DNA of 64,000 bases. Origin: Paragordius varius. Its lineage: Eukaryota > Animalia > Nematomorpha. Location of the stretch: positions 13,268,001 through 13,332,000 of the forward strand of contig OZ176053.1 of the NCBI GenBank assembly GCA_964247055.1, in the 5' to 3' direction. Shown piece by piece: positions 13,101-27,307 of this stretch; position 1 is the stretch's first letter, and every line of letters starts with the position of its first letter. A program made the translations under genes and the position numbers. The notes beneath the pieces are model-generated. The model worked only from the letters and a program-made list of their open reading frames with translations. It made no database searches and had not been told where the DNA came from.

Positions 13101-14930
13101 CACCGGTGACCAATATCCGATTTTTAAGGACAAAGTTTAACTTGAGTATTGATGCGACTAGTTTAACACATTAATTTTTAAAGTATCGTTGTAAAAATCG
13201 GATATGAAAGAGTTTGTCAAACTATCTCTATATTTTGATGTAGTCTTACTAAGAGAATGTATAAAAAATTATTTTGTTCACCGGGGACCAATATCCGATT
13301 TTTAAGGACAAAGTTTAACTTGAGTAATCATGCGACTAATTTTATACATTAATTTTTAAAGTATTGTTCTAAAAATCGGATATGAAAGAGTTTGCCAAAC
13401 TATCTCTATATATATATGTAGTCCTACTAAGAGAATGTATAAAAAAAATTTTGTTCACCGGTGACCAATATCCGATTTTTAAGGACAAAGTTTAACTTGA
13501 GTATTGATGCGACTTATTGATACGACTAGTTTTAAACATTAATTTATTAAGTATCGTTGTAAAAATCGGATATGAAAGAGTTTGTCAAACTATCTCTATT
13601 ATTTGATGTAGTCTTGCTAAGAGAATGTATAAAAAATTATTTTGTTCACCGGTGACCAATATCCGATTTTTAAGGACAAAGTTTAACTTGAGTATTGATG
13701 CGACTAGTTTACCATAATTTATAAAGTATCGTTGTACAATCCGGATATGAAAGATTTTGTCAAACTATCTCTATATTTTGATGTAGTCTTACTAAGAGAA
13801 TGTATAAAAAATTATTTTGTTCACCGGTGACTAATATCCGATTTTTAAGGACAAAGAACTTCAGTATTGATGCGACTTATTGATACGATTAGTTTTATAC
13901 ATTAATTTATAAAGTATTGTTGTAATAATCGGATATGAAAGAGTTTGTCAAACTATCTCTATTATTTGATGTAGTCTTGCTAAGAGAATGTATAAAAAAT
14001 TATTTTGTTCACCGGTGACCAATATCCGATTTTTAAGGACAAAGTTTAACTTGAGTATTGATGCGACTAGTTTAATACATTAATTTTTAAAGTATCGTTG
14101 TAAAAATCGGATATGGAAAGAGTTTGTCAAACTATCTCTATATTTTGATATAGTGTTACTAAGAGAATGTATAAAAAATTATTTTGTTCACCGGTGACCA
14201 ATATCCGATTTTTAAGGACAAAATGTAACTTGAGTATTGATGCGACTTATTGATACGATTAGTTTTATACATTAATTTATAAAGTATTGTTGTAATAATC
14301 GGATATGAAAGAGTTTTTCAAACTATCTCTATATTTTGATGTAGTCTTACTAAGAGAATGTATAAAAAATAATTTTGTTCACCGGTGACCAATATCCGAT
14401 TTTTAAGGACAAAGTTTAACTTGAGTATTGATGCGACTAGTTTAACACATTATTTTTAAAGTATCGTTGTAAAAATCGGATATGAAAGAGTTTGTCAAAC
14501 TATCTCTATATTTTGATGTAGTCTTACTAAGAGAATGTATAAAAAATAATTTTGTTCACCGGTGACCAATATCCGATTTTAAGGACAAAGTTTAACTTGA
14601 GTATTGATACGATTTATTGATACGACTAGTTTTATACATTAATTTTTAAAGTATCGTTGTAAAAATCGGATATGAAAGAGTTTGTCAAACTATCTCTATA
14701 TTTTGATGTAGTCCTACTAAGAGAATGTATAAAAAATAATTTTGTTCACCGGTGACCAATATCCGATTTTTAAGGACAAAGTTTAACTTGAGTATTGATG
14801 CGACTAGTTTAACACATTAATTTTTAAAGTATCGTTGTAAAAATCGGATATGAAAGAGTTTGTCAAACTATCTCTATATTTTGATGTAGTCTTACTAAGA
14901 GAATGTATAAAAAATTATTTTGTTCACCGG
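10150..14930 (+). repeat. Non-adjacent block duplication of about 8 monomers (about 10150-11630 and 13450-14930), offset 3299 bp
   Basis: Rare markers TTGTACAATCCGGAT (10433/13732), GACAAAGAAC (10551/13850) and GAGTTTTTC (ending 11020/14319) are all 3299 apart. The block boundaries are approximate. Confidence 0.85.
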
Positions 14931-17900
14931 GGACCAATATCCGATTTTTAAGGACAAAGTTTAACTTGAGTATTGATGCGACTTATTGATACGACTAGTT
15001 TTATACATTAATTTATAAAGTATCGTTGTAAAAATCGGATATGAAAGAGTTTGTCAAACTATCTCTATTATTTGATGTAGTCTTGCTAAGAGAATGTATA
15101 AAAAATTATTTTGTTCACCGGTGACCAATATCCGATTTTTAAGGACAAAGTTTAACTTGAGTATTGATGTGACTAGTTTAATACATTAATTTTTAAAGTA
15201 TCGTTGTAAAAATCGGATATGAAAGAGTTTGTCAAACTATCTCTATATTTTGATGTAGTCTTACTAAGAGAATGTATAAAAAATTATTTTGTTCACCGGG
15301 GACCAGTATCCGATTTTTAAGGACAAAGTTTAACTTGAGTATTGATACGATTTATTGATACGACTAGTTTTATACATTAATTTTTAAAGTATCGTTGTAA
15401 AAATCGGATATGAAAGAGTTTGTCAAACTATCTCTATATTTTGATGTAGTCTTACTAAGAGAATGTATAAAAAATTATTTTGTTCACCGGGGACCAGTAT
15501 CCGATTTTTAAGGACAAAGTTTAACTTGAGTATTGATACGATTTATTGATACGACTAGTTTTATACATTAATTTTTAAAGTATCGTTGTAAAAATCGGAT
15601 ATGAAAGAGTTTGTCAAACTATCTCTATATTTTGATGTAGTCTTGCTAAGAGAATGTATAAAAAATTATTTTGTTCACCGGTGACCAATATCCGATTTTT
15701 AAGGACAAAGTTTAACTTGAGTATTGATGCGACTAGTTTAATACATTAATTTTTAAAGTATCGTTGTAAAAATCGGATATGAAAGAGTTTGTCAAACTAT
15801 CTCTATTATTTGATGTAGTCTTGCTAAGAGAATGTATAAAAAATTATTTTGTTCACCGGTGACCAATATCCGATTTTTAAGGACAAAGTTTAACTTGAGT
15901 ATTGATGCGACTAGTTTAATACATTAATTTTTAAAGTATCGTTGTAAAAATCGGATATGAAAGAGTTTGTCAAACTATCTCTATATTTTGATGTAGTCTT
16001 ACTAAGAGAATGTATAAAAAATTATTTTGTTCACCGGGGACCAGTATCCGATTTTTAAGGACAAAGTTTAACTTGAGTATTGATGCGACTTATTGATACG
16101 ACTAGTTTTATACATTAATTTATAAAGTATCGTTGTAAAAATCGGATATGAAAGAGTTTGTCAAACTATCTCTATTATTTGATGTAGTCTTGCTAAGAGA
16201 ATGTATAAAAAATAATTTTGTTCACCGGTGACCAATATCCGATTTTTAAGGACAAAGTTTAACTTGAGTATTGATGCGACTTATTGATACGACCAGTTTT
16301 ATACATTAATTTATAAAGTATCGTTGTGAAAATCGGATATGAAAGAGTTTGTCAAACTATCTCTATATTTTGATGTAGTCTTACTAAGAGAATGTATAAA
16401 AAATAATTTTGTTCACCGGTGACCAATATCCGATTTTTAAGGACAAAGTTTAACTTGAGTATTGATGCGATTTATTGATACGACTAGTTTTATACATTAA
16501 TTTTTAAAGTATCATTGTAAAAATCGGATATGAAATAGTTTGTCAAACTATCACTATATTTTGATGTAGTCTTACTAAGAGAATGTATAAAAAATAATTT
16601 TGTTCACCGGTGACCAATATCCGATTTTTAAGGACAAAGTTTAACTTGAGTATTGATGCGACTAGTTTAATACATTAATTTTTAAAGTATCGTTGTAAAA
16701 ATCGGATATGAAAGAGTTTGTCAAACTATCTCTATTATTTGATGTAGTCTTGCTAAGAGAATGTATAAAAAATTATTTTGTTCACCGGTGACCAATATCC
16801 GATTTTTAAGGACAAAGTTTAACTTGAGTATTGATGCGACTAGTTTAATACATTAATTTATAAAGTATCGTTTTTAAAAATCGGATATGAAAGAGTTTGT
16901 CAAACTATCTCTATTATTTGATGTAGTCTTGCTAAGAGAATGTATAAAAAATAATTTTGTTCACCGGTGACCAATATCCGATTTTTAAGGCCAAAGTTTA
17001 ACTTGAGTATTGATGCGACTTATTGAGACTAGTTTTATACATTAATTTATAAAGTATCGTTGTGAAAATCGGATATGAAAGAGTTTGTCAAACTATCTCT
17101 ATATTTTGATGTAGTCTTACTAAGAGAATGTATAAAAAATAATTTTGTTCACCGGTGACCAATATCCGATTTTTAAGGACGAAGTTTAACTTGAGTATTG
17201 ATGCGACTTATTGATACGACTAGTTTTATACATTAATTTATAAAGTATCGTAGTAAAAATCGGATATGAAAGAGTTTGTCAAACTATCTCTATATTTTGA
17301 TGTAGTCTTGCTAAGAGAATGTATAAAAAATAATTTTGTTCACCGGTGACCAATATCCGATTTTTAAGGACAAAGTTTAACTTGAGTATTGATGCGACTT
17401 ATTGATACGACCAGTTTTATACATTAATTTATAAAGTATCGTTGTGAAAATCGGATATGAAAGAGTTTGTCAAACTATCTCTATATTTTGATGTAGTCTT
17501 ACTAAGAGAATGTAAAAAAATAATTTTGTTCACCGGTGACCAATATCCGATTTTTAAGGACAAAGTTTAACTTGAGTATTGATGCGATTTATTGATACGA
17601 CTAGTTTTATACATTAATTTTTAAAGTATCATTGTAAAAATCGGATATGAAATAGTTTGTCAAACTATCACTATATTTTGATGTAGTCTTACTAAGAGAA
17701 TGTATAAAAAATAATTTTGTTCACCGGTGACCAATATCCGATTTTTAAGGACAAAGTTTAACTTGAGTATTGATGCGACTTATTGATACGACTAGTTTTA
17801 TACATTAATTTATAAAGTATCGTTGTGAAAATCGGATATGAAAGAGTTGGTCAAACTATCTCTATATTTTGATGTAGTCTTGCTAAGAGAATGTATAAAA

Positions 17901-18093
17901 AATAATTTTGTTCACCGGTGACCAATATCCGATTTTTAAGGACAAAGTTTAACTTGAGTATTGATGCGACTAGTTTAACACATTAATTTTTAAAGTATCG
18001 TTGTAAAAATCGGATATGAAAGAGTTTGTCAAACTATCTGTATATTTTGATGTAGTCTTACTAAGAGAATTTAAAAATAAATTTTGTTCACCG

Positions 18094-20080
18094 GTGACCA
18101 ATATCCGATTTTTAAGGACAAAGTTTAACTTGAGTATTGATGCGACTTATTGATACGACTAGTTTTATACATAAATTTATAAAGTATCGTTGTAAAAATC
18201 GGATATGAAAGAGTTTGTCAAACTATCTCTATTATTTGATGTAGTCTTACTAAGAGAATGTATAAAAAATTATTTTGTTCACCGGGGACCAGTATCCGAT
18301 TTTTAAGGACAAAGTTTAACTTGAGTATTGATGCGACTTATTGATACGACTAGTTTTATACATAAATTTATAAAGTATCGTTGTAAAAATCGGATATGAA
18401 AGAGTTTGTCAAACTATCTCTATTATTTGATGTAGTCCTACTAAGAGAATGTATAAAAAATAATTTTGTTCACCGCTGACCAATATCCGATTTTTAAGGA
18501 CAAAGTTTAACTTGAGTATTGATGCGACTTATTGATACGACTAGTTTAACACATTAATTTTTAAAGTATCGTTGTAAAAATCGGATATGAAAGAGTTTGT
18601 CAAAATATCTCTATATTTTGATGTAGTCTTGCTAAGAGAATGTATAAAAAATAATTTTGTTCACCGGTGACCAATATCCGATTATTAAGGACAAAGTTTA
18701 ACTTGAGTATTGATGCGACTTATTGAGACTAGTTTTATACATTAATTTATAAAGTATCGTTGTGAAAATCGGATATGAAAGAGTTTGTCAAACTATCTCT
18801 ATATTTTGATGTAGTCTTACTAAGAGAATGTATAAAAAATAATTTTGTTCACCGGTGACCAATATCCGATTTTTAAGGACAAAGTTTAACTTGAGTATTG
18901 ATGCGACTTATTGATACGACTAGTTTTATACATTAATTTATAAAGTATCGTTGTGAAAATCGGATATGAAAGAGTTGGTCAAACTATCTCTATATTTTGA
19001 TGTAGTCTTGCTAAGAGAATGTATAAAAAATTATTTTGTTCACCGGTGACCAATATCCGATTTTTAAGGACAAAGTTTAACTTGAGTATTGATGCGACTA
19101 GTTTAATACATTAATTTTTAAAGTATCGTTGTAAAAATCGGATATGAAAGAGTTTGTCAAACTATCTCTATATTTTGATGTAGTCTTACTAAGAGAATGT
19201 ATAAAAAATTATTTTGTTCACCAGGGACCAGTATCCGATTTTTAAGGACAAAGTTTAACTTGAGTATTGATGCGACTTATTGATACGACTAGTTTTATAC
19301 ATAAATTTATAAAGTATCGTTGTAAAAATCGGATATGAAAGAGTTTGTCAAACTATCTCTATTATTTGATGTAGTCTTACTAAGAGAATGTATAAAAAAT
19401 TATTTTGTTCACCGGGGACCAGTATCCGATTTTTAAGGACAAAGTTTAACTTGAGTATTGATGCGACTTATTGATACGACTAGTTTTATACATAAATTTA
19501 TAAAGTATCGTTGTAAAAATCGGATATGAAAGAGTTTGTCAAACTATCTCTATTATTTGATGTAGTCCTACTAAGAGAATGTATAAAAAATAATTTTGTT
19601 CACCGCTGACCAATATCCGATTTTTAAGGACAAAGTTTAACTTGAGTATTGATGCGACTTATTGATACGACTAGTTTAACACATTAATTTTTAAAGTATC
19701 GTTGTAAAAATCGGATATGAAAGAGTTTGTCAAAATATCTCTATATTTTGATGTAGTCTTGCTAAGAGAATGTATAAAAAATAATTTTGTTCACCGGTGA
19801 CCAATATCCGATTATTAAGGACAAAGTTTAACTTGAGTATTGATGCGACTTATTGAGACTAGTTTTATACATTAATTTATAAAGTATCGTTGTGAAAATC
19901 GGATATGAAAGAGTTTGTCAAACTATCTCTATATTTTGATGTAGTCTTACTAAGAGAATGTATAAAAAATAATTTTGTTCACCGGTGACCAATATCCGAT
20001 TTTTAAGGACAAAGTTTAACTTGAGTATTGATGCGACTTATTGATACGACTAGTTTTATACATTAATTTATAAAGTATCG
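18094..20080 (+). repeat. 6-monomer, 1130 bp tandem duplication (second copy partial)
   Basis: CACCGCTGAC at 18471/19601 and ATTATTAAGG at 18681/19811. Unit lengths 4x191+188+178 = 1130. Confidence 0.85.
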
Positions 20081-20999
20081 TAGTAAAAATCGGATATGAA
20101 AGAGTTTGTCAAACTATCTCTATATTTTGATGTAGTCTTACTAAGAGAATGTATAAAAAATTATTTTGTTCACCGGTTACCAATATCCGATTTTTAAGGA
20201 CAAAGTTTAACTTGAGTATTGATGCGACTTATTGATACGACCAGTTTTATACATTAGTTTATAAAGTATCGTTGTGAAAATCGGATATGAAAGAGTTTGT
20301 CAAACTATCTCTATATTTTGATGTAGTCTTACTAAGAGAATGTATAAAAAATAATTTTGTTCACCGGTGACCAATATCCGATTTTTAAGGACAAAGTTTA
20401 ACTTGAGTATTGATGCGATTTATTGATACGACTAGTTTTATACATTAATTTTTAAAGTATCATTGTAAAAATCGGATATGAAATAGTTTGTCAAACTATC
20501 ACTATATTTTGATGTAGTCTTACTAAGAGAATGTATAAAAAATAATTTTGTTCACCGGTGACCAATATCCGATTTTTAAGGACAAAGTTTAACTTGAGTA
20601 TTGATGCGACTTATTGATACGACTAGTTTTATACATTAATTTATAAAGTATCGTTGTGAAAATCGGATATGAAAGAGTTGGTCAAACTATCTCTATATTT
20701 TGATGTAGTCTTGCTAAGAGAATGTATAAAAAATAATTTTGTTCACCGGTGACCAATATCCGATTTTTAAGGACAAAGTTTAACTTGAGTATTGATGCGA
20801 CTAGTTTAATACATTAATTTTTAAAGTATCGTTGTAAAAATCGGATATGAAAGAGTTTGTCAAACTATTACTATATTTTGATGTAGTCTTACTAAGAGAA
20901 TGTATAAAAAATTATTTTGTTCACCGGTGACCAATATCCAATTTTTAAGGACAAAGTTTAACTTGAGTAATCATGCGACTAGTTTAACACATTAATTTT

Positions 21000-23900
21000 T
21001 AAAGTATCGTTGTAAAAATCGGATATGAAAGAGTTTGTCAAACATCTCTATATTTTGATGTAGTCTTACTAAGAGAATGTATAAGAAATAATTTTGTTCA
21101 CCGGTGACCAATATCCGATTTTTAAGGACAAAGTTTAACTTGAGTATTGATGCGACTTAATACGACAAGTTTTATACATTAATTTATAAAGTATCGTAGT
21201 AAAAATCGGATATGAAAGAGTTTGTCAAACTATCTCTATATTTTGATGTAGTCTTGCTAAGAGAATGTATAAAAAATAATTTTGTTCACCGGTGACCAAT
21301 ATCCGATTTTTAAGGACAAAGTTTAACTTGAGTATTGATGCGACTTATTGATACGACTAGTTTTATACATTAATCTATAAAGTATCGTTGTGAAAATCGG
21401 ATATGAAAGAGTTTGTCAAACTATCTCTATATTTTGATGTAGTCTTACTAAGAGAAAGTATAAAAAATAATTTTGTTCACCGGTGACCAATATCCGATTT
21501 TTAAGGACAAAGTTTAACTTGAGTATTGATGCGACTAGTTTAATACATTAATTTTTAAAGTATCGTTGTAAAAATCGGATATGAAAGAGTTTGCCAAACT
21601 ATCCCTATATTTTGATGTAGTCCTACTAGAAGAATGTATAAAAAATAATTTTGTTCACCGGTGACCATTATCCGATTTTTAAGGACAAAGTTTAACTTGA
21701 GTATTGATGCGATTTATTGATACGACTAGTTTTATACATTAATTTTTAAAGTATCGTTGTAAAAATCGGATATGAAAGAGTTTGTCACACTATCACTATA
21801 TTTTGATGTAGTCTTACTAAGAGAATGTATAAAAAATAATTTTGTTCACCGGTGACCAATATCCGATTTTTAAGGACAAAGTTTAACTTGACTATTGATG
21901 CGACTTATTGATACGACTAGTTTTATACATTAATTTATAAAGTATCGTTGTGAAAATCGGATATGAAAGAGTTGGTCAAACTATCTCTATTATTTGATGT
22001 AGTCTTGCTAAGAGAATGTATAAAAAATTATTTTGTTCACCGGTGACCAATATCCGATTTTTAAGGACAAAGTTTAACTTGAGTATTGATGCGACTAGTT
22101 TAATACATTAATTTTTAAAGTATCGTTGTAAAAATCGGATATGAAAGAGTTTGTCAAACTATCTCTATATTTTGATGTAGTCTTACTAAGAGAATGTATG
22201 AAAAATTATTTTGTTCAGCGGTGACCAATATCCGATTTTTAAGGACAAAGTTTAACTTGAGTAATCATGCGACTAGTTTAACACATTAATTTTTAAAGTA
22301 TCGTTGTAAAAATCGGATATGAAACAGTTTGTCAAACATCTCTATATTTTGATGTAGTCTTACTAAGAGAATGTATAAAAAATAATTTTGTTCACCGGTG
22401 ACCAATATCCGATTTTTAGGGACAAAGTTTAACTTGAGTATTGATGCGACTTATTGATACGACAAGTTTTATACATTAATTTATAAAGTATCGTTGTAAA
22501 AATCGGATATGAAAGAGTTTGTCAAATTATCTCTATTATTTGATGTAGTCTTGCTAAGAGAATGTATAAAAAATTATTTTGTTCACCGGTGACCAATATC
22601 CGATTTTTAAGGACAAAGTTTAACTTAAGTATTGATGCGACTAGTTTAATACATTAATTTTTAAAGTATCGTTGTAAAAATCGGATATGAAAGAGTTTGT
22701 CAAACTATCTCTATATTTTGTATAGTCTTACTAAGAGAATGTATAAAAAATTATTTTGTTCACCGGTGACCAATATCCGATTTTTAAGGACAAAGTTTAA
22801 CTTGAGTAATCATGCGACTAGTTTAACACATTAATTTTTAAAGTATCGTTGTAAAAATCGGATATGAAAGAGTTTGTCAAACTATCTCTATATTTTGATG
22901 TAGTCTTACTAAGAGAATGTATAAAAAATTATTTTGTTCACCGGTGACCAATATCCGATTTTTAAGGACAAAGTTTAACTTGAGTATTGATCCGACTTAT
23001 TGATACGATTAGTTTTATACATTAATTTATAAAGTATCTTTGTAAAAATCGGATATGAAAGAATTTGTCAAACTATCTCTATATTTTGATGTAGTCTTGC
23101 TAAGAGAATGTATAAAAAATAATTTTGTTCACCGGTGACCAATATTCGATTTTTAAGGACAAAGTTTAACTTGAATATTGATGCGACTAGTTTAATACAT
23201 TAATTTTTAAAGTATCGTTGTAAAAATCGGATATGAAAGAGTTTTTTCAAACTATCTCTATATTTTGATGTAGTCTTACTAAGAGAATGTATAAAAAATT
23301 ATTTTGTTCACCGGTGACCAATATCCGATTTTTAAGGACAAAGTTTAACTTGAGTATTGATGCGACTAGTTTAACACATTAATTTTTAAACTATCGTTGT
23401 AAAAATCGGATATGAAAGAGTTTGTCAAACATCTCTATATTTTGATGTAGTCTTACTAAGAGAATGTATAAAAAATAATTTTGTTCACCGGTGACCAATA
23501 TCCGATTTTTAAGGACAAAGTTTAACTTGAGTATTGATGCGACTTATTGATACGACAAGTTTTATACATTAATTTATAAAGTATCGTAGTAAAAATCGGA
23601 TATGAAAGAGTTTGTCAAACTATCTATATATTTTGATGTAGTCTTGTTAAGAGAATGTATGAAAAATAATTTTGTTCACCGGTGGCCAATATCCGATTTT
23701 TAAGGACAAAGTTTAACTTGAGTATTGATGCGACTTATTGATACGACTAGTTTTATACATTAATTTATAAAGTATCGTTGTGAAAATCGGATATGAAAGA
23801 GTTTGTCAAACTATCTCTATATATTGATGTAGTCTTACTAAGAGAATGATAAAAAATAATTTTGTTCACCGGTGACCAATATCCGATTTTTAAGGACAAA

Positions 23901-24240
23901 GTTTAACTTGAGTATTGATGCGACTAGTTTAATACATTAATTTTTAAAGTATCGTTGTAAAAATCGGATATGAAAGAGTTTGCCAAACTATCTCTATATT
24001 TTGATGTAGTCCTACTAGGAGAATGTATAAAAAATAATTTTGTTCACCGGTGACCATTATCCGATTTTTAAGGACAAAGTTTAACTTGAGTATTGATGCG
24101 ATTTATTGATACGACTAGTTTTATACATTAATTTTTAAAGTATCGTTGTAAAAATCGGATATGAAAGAGTTTGTCACACTATCACTATATTTTGATGTAG
24201 TCTTACTAAGAGAATGTATAAAAAATAATTTTGTTCACCG
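21000..24240 (+). repeat. Block duplication with offset of about 2.39 kb (about 21000-21850 and 23390-24240)
   Basis: GTGACCATTA at 21661/24050 and AACATCTC at 21041/23428. The linked variants CCTACTAG and GTCACACTATCACTA are also repeated. Confidence 0.8.
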
Positions 24241-24431
24241 GTGACCAATATCCGATTTTTAAGGACAAAGTTTAACTTGAGTATTGATGCGACTTATTGA
24301 TACGACTTAATTTATACATTAATTTATAAAGTATCGTTGTGAAAATCGGATATGAAAGAGTTGGTCAAACTATCTCTATATTTTGATGTAGTCTTGCTAA
24401 GAGAATGTATAAAAAATAATTTTGTTCACCG

Positions 24432-24610
24432 GTGACCAATATCCGATTTTTAAGGACAAAGTTTAACTTGAGTATTGATGCGACTTATTGATACGATTAG
24501 TTACTCTTTCATATCTGATTTTTACAACGATACTTTAAAAATTAATGTATTAAACTAGTCGCATCAATACTCAAGTTAAACTTTGTCCTTAAAAATCGGA
24601 TATTGGTCAC
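24432..24610. other. Orientation-switch (inversion) junction of the satellite array, breakpoint at 24502/24503
   Basis: A forward long monomer starting at 24432 stops after 71 nt (...CGATTAGTT). It is joined directly to ACTCTTTC, the reverse complement of short-monomer position 108 running downwards. No foreign sequence is inserted. Confidence 0.97.
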
Positions 24611-24788
24611 CGGTGAACAAAATTATTTTTTATACATTATCTTAGCAAGACTACATCAAAATATAGAAATAGTTTGACAAACTCTTTCATATCCGATTAT
24701 TACAACGATACTTTAAAAATTAATGTATTAAACTAGTCGCATCAATACTCAAGTTAAACTTTGTCCTTAAAAATCGGATATTGGTCAC

Positions 24789-27307
24789 CGGTGAACAAAA
24801 TTATTTTTTATACATTCTCTTAGTAAGACTACATCAAAATATAGAGATAGTTTGACAAACTCTTTCATATCCGATTTTTACAACGATACTTAAAAAATTA
24901 ATCTATAAAACTAGTCGCATGATTACTCAAGTTTAACTTTGTCCTTAAAAATCGGATATTGATCACCGGTGAACAAAATAATTTTTTATACATTCTCTTA
25001 GTAAGACTACATTAAATTATAGAGATAGTTTGACAAACTCTTTCATATCCGATTTTTACAACGATACTTTAAAAATTATGGTATTAAACCAGTCGCATCA
25101 ATACTCAAGTTAAACTTTGTCCTTAAAAATCGGATATTGGTCACCGGTGAACAAAATTATTTTTTAAACATTCTCTTAGCAAGACTACATCAAAATATAG
25201 AGATAGTTTGACAAACTCTTTCATATCCGATTTTTGCAACGATACTTTAAATTAATGTATAAAACTAGTCGTATCAATAAGTCGCATCAATACTCAAGTT
25301 AAACTTTGTCCTTAAAAATCGGATATTGGTCACCGGTGAACAAAATAATTTTTTATACATTCTCTTAGTAAGACTACATCAAAATATAGAGATAGTTTGA
25401 CAAACTCTTTCATATCCGATTTTTACAACGATACTTTAAAAATTATGGTATAACCAGTCGCATCAATACTCAAGTTAAACTTTGTCCTTAAAAATCGGAT
25501 ATTGGTCACCGGTGAAAAAATTATTTTTTATACATTCTCTTAGTAAGACTACATCAAAATATAGAGATATTTTGACAAACTCTTTCATATCCGATTTTTA
25601 CAACGATACTTTAAAAATTAATGTGTTAAACTAGTCGCATCAATACTCAAGTTAAACTTTGTCCTTAAAAATCGGATATTGGTCACCAGTGATCAAATGT
25701 TTTTTTAATACTTTCTCTTAGTAAGACTACATCTGAATATAGTGATAGTTTGACAAACTCTTTCATATCCGATTTTTACAACGATACTTTAAAGATTAAT
25801 GAAAAAAACTAGTCGTATCAATAAATCGCATCAATACTCAAGTTATTTGTCCTTAAAAATCCGATATTGGTCACCGGTGAACAAAATAATTTTTTCATTC
25901 TCTTAGTAACACTACATTAAATTATAGAGATAGTTTGACCTCTTTCATATCCGATTTTTACAACGATACTTTAAAAATTAATGTATTAAACTAGTCGCAT
26001 CAATACTCAAGTTAAACTTTGTCCTTAAAAATCGGATATTGGTCACCGGTGAACAAAATTATTTTTTATACATTCTCTTAGTAAGACTACATCAAAATAT
26101 AGAGATAGTTTGACAAACTCTTTCATATCCGATTTTTACAACGATACTTAAAAAATTAATCTATAAAACTAGTCGCATGATTACTCAAGTTTAACTTTGT
26201 CCTTAAAAATCGGATATTGATCACCGGTGAACAAAATAATTTTTTATACATTCTCTTAGTAAGACTACATTAAATTATAGAGATAGTTTGACAAACTCTT
26301 TCATATCCGATTTTTACAACGATACTTTAAAAATTATGGTATTAAACCAGTCGCATCAATACTCAAGTTAAACTTTGTCCTTAAAAATCGGATATTGGTC
26401 ACCGGTGAACAAAATTATTTTTTAAACATTCTCTTAGCAAGACTACATCAAAATATAGAGATAGTTTGACAAACTCTTTCATATCCGATTTTTGCAACGA
26501 TACTTTAAATTAATGTATAAAACTAGTCGTATCAATAAGTCGCATCAATACTCAAGTTAAACTTTGTCCTTAAAAATCGGATATTGGTCACCGGTGAACA
26601 AAATAATTTTTTATACATTCTCTTAGTAAGACTACATCAAAATATAGAGATAGTTTGACAAACTCTTTCATATCCGATTTTTACAACGATACTTTAAAAA
26701 TTATGGTATAACCAGTCGCATCAATACTCAAGTTAAACTTTGTCCTTAAAAATCGGATATTGGTCACCGGTGAAAAAATTATTTTTTATACATTCTCTTA
26801 GTAAGACTACATCAAAATATAGAGATATTTTGACAAACTCTTTCATATCCGATTTTTACAACGATACTTTAAAAATTAATGTGTTAAACTAGTCGCATCA
26901 ATACTCAAGTTAAACTTTGTCCTTAAAAATCGGATATTGGTCACCAGTGATCAAATGTTTTTTTAATACTTTCTCTTAGTAAGACTACATCTGAATATAG
27001 TGATAGTTTGACAAACTCTTTCATATCCGATTTTTACAACGATACTTTAAAGATTAATGAAAAAAACTAGTCGTATCAATAAATCGCATCAATACTCAAG
27101 TTATTTGTCCTTAAAAATCCGATATTGGTCACCGGTGAACAAAATAATTTTTTATACATTCTCTTAGTAACACTACATTAAATTATAGAGATAGTTTGAC
27201 CTCTTTCATATCCGATTTTTACAACGATACTTTAAAAATTAATGTATTAAACTAGTCGCATCAATACTCAAGTTAAACTTTGTCCTTAAAAATCGGATAT
27301 TGGTCAC
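24789..27307 (-). repeat. 7-monomer, 1258 bp higher-order repeat of degenerate monomers, two copies
   Basis: GATCACCGG at 24961/26219 and GATCAAATG at 25691/26949. Monomer lengths in the first copy are 178, 178, 189, 176, 177, 188, 172. Confidence 0.9.

Larger units (their letters stand above)
1..24502 (+). repeat. Tandem satellite array, 178/191 bp monomer, forward orientation (about 133 monomers, estimated from length)
   Basis: Monomer starts (GTGACC or GGGACC) at 1, 192, 370, 561, 739, 917, 1094, 1285 etc., giving lengths of 191, 178, 191, 178, 178, 177, 191. The unit continues without unique sequence up to ...GATACGATTAGTT at 24502. Strand assignment is by convention. Confidence 0.99.
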
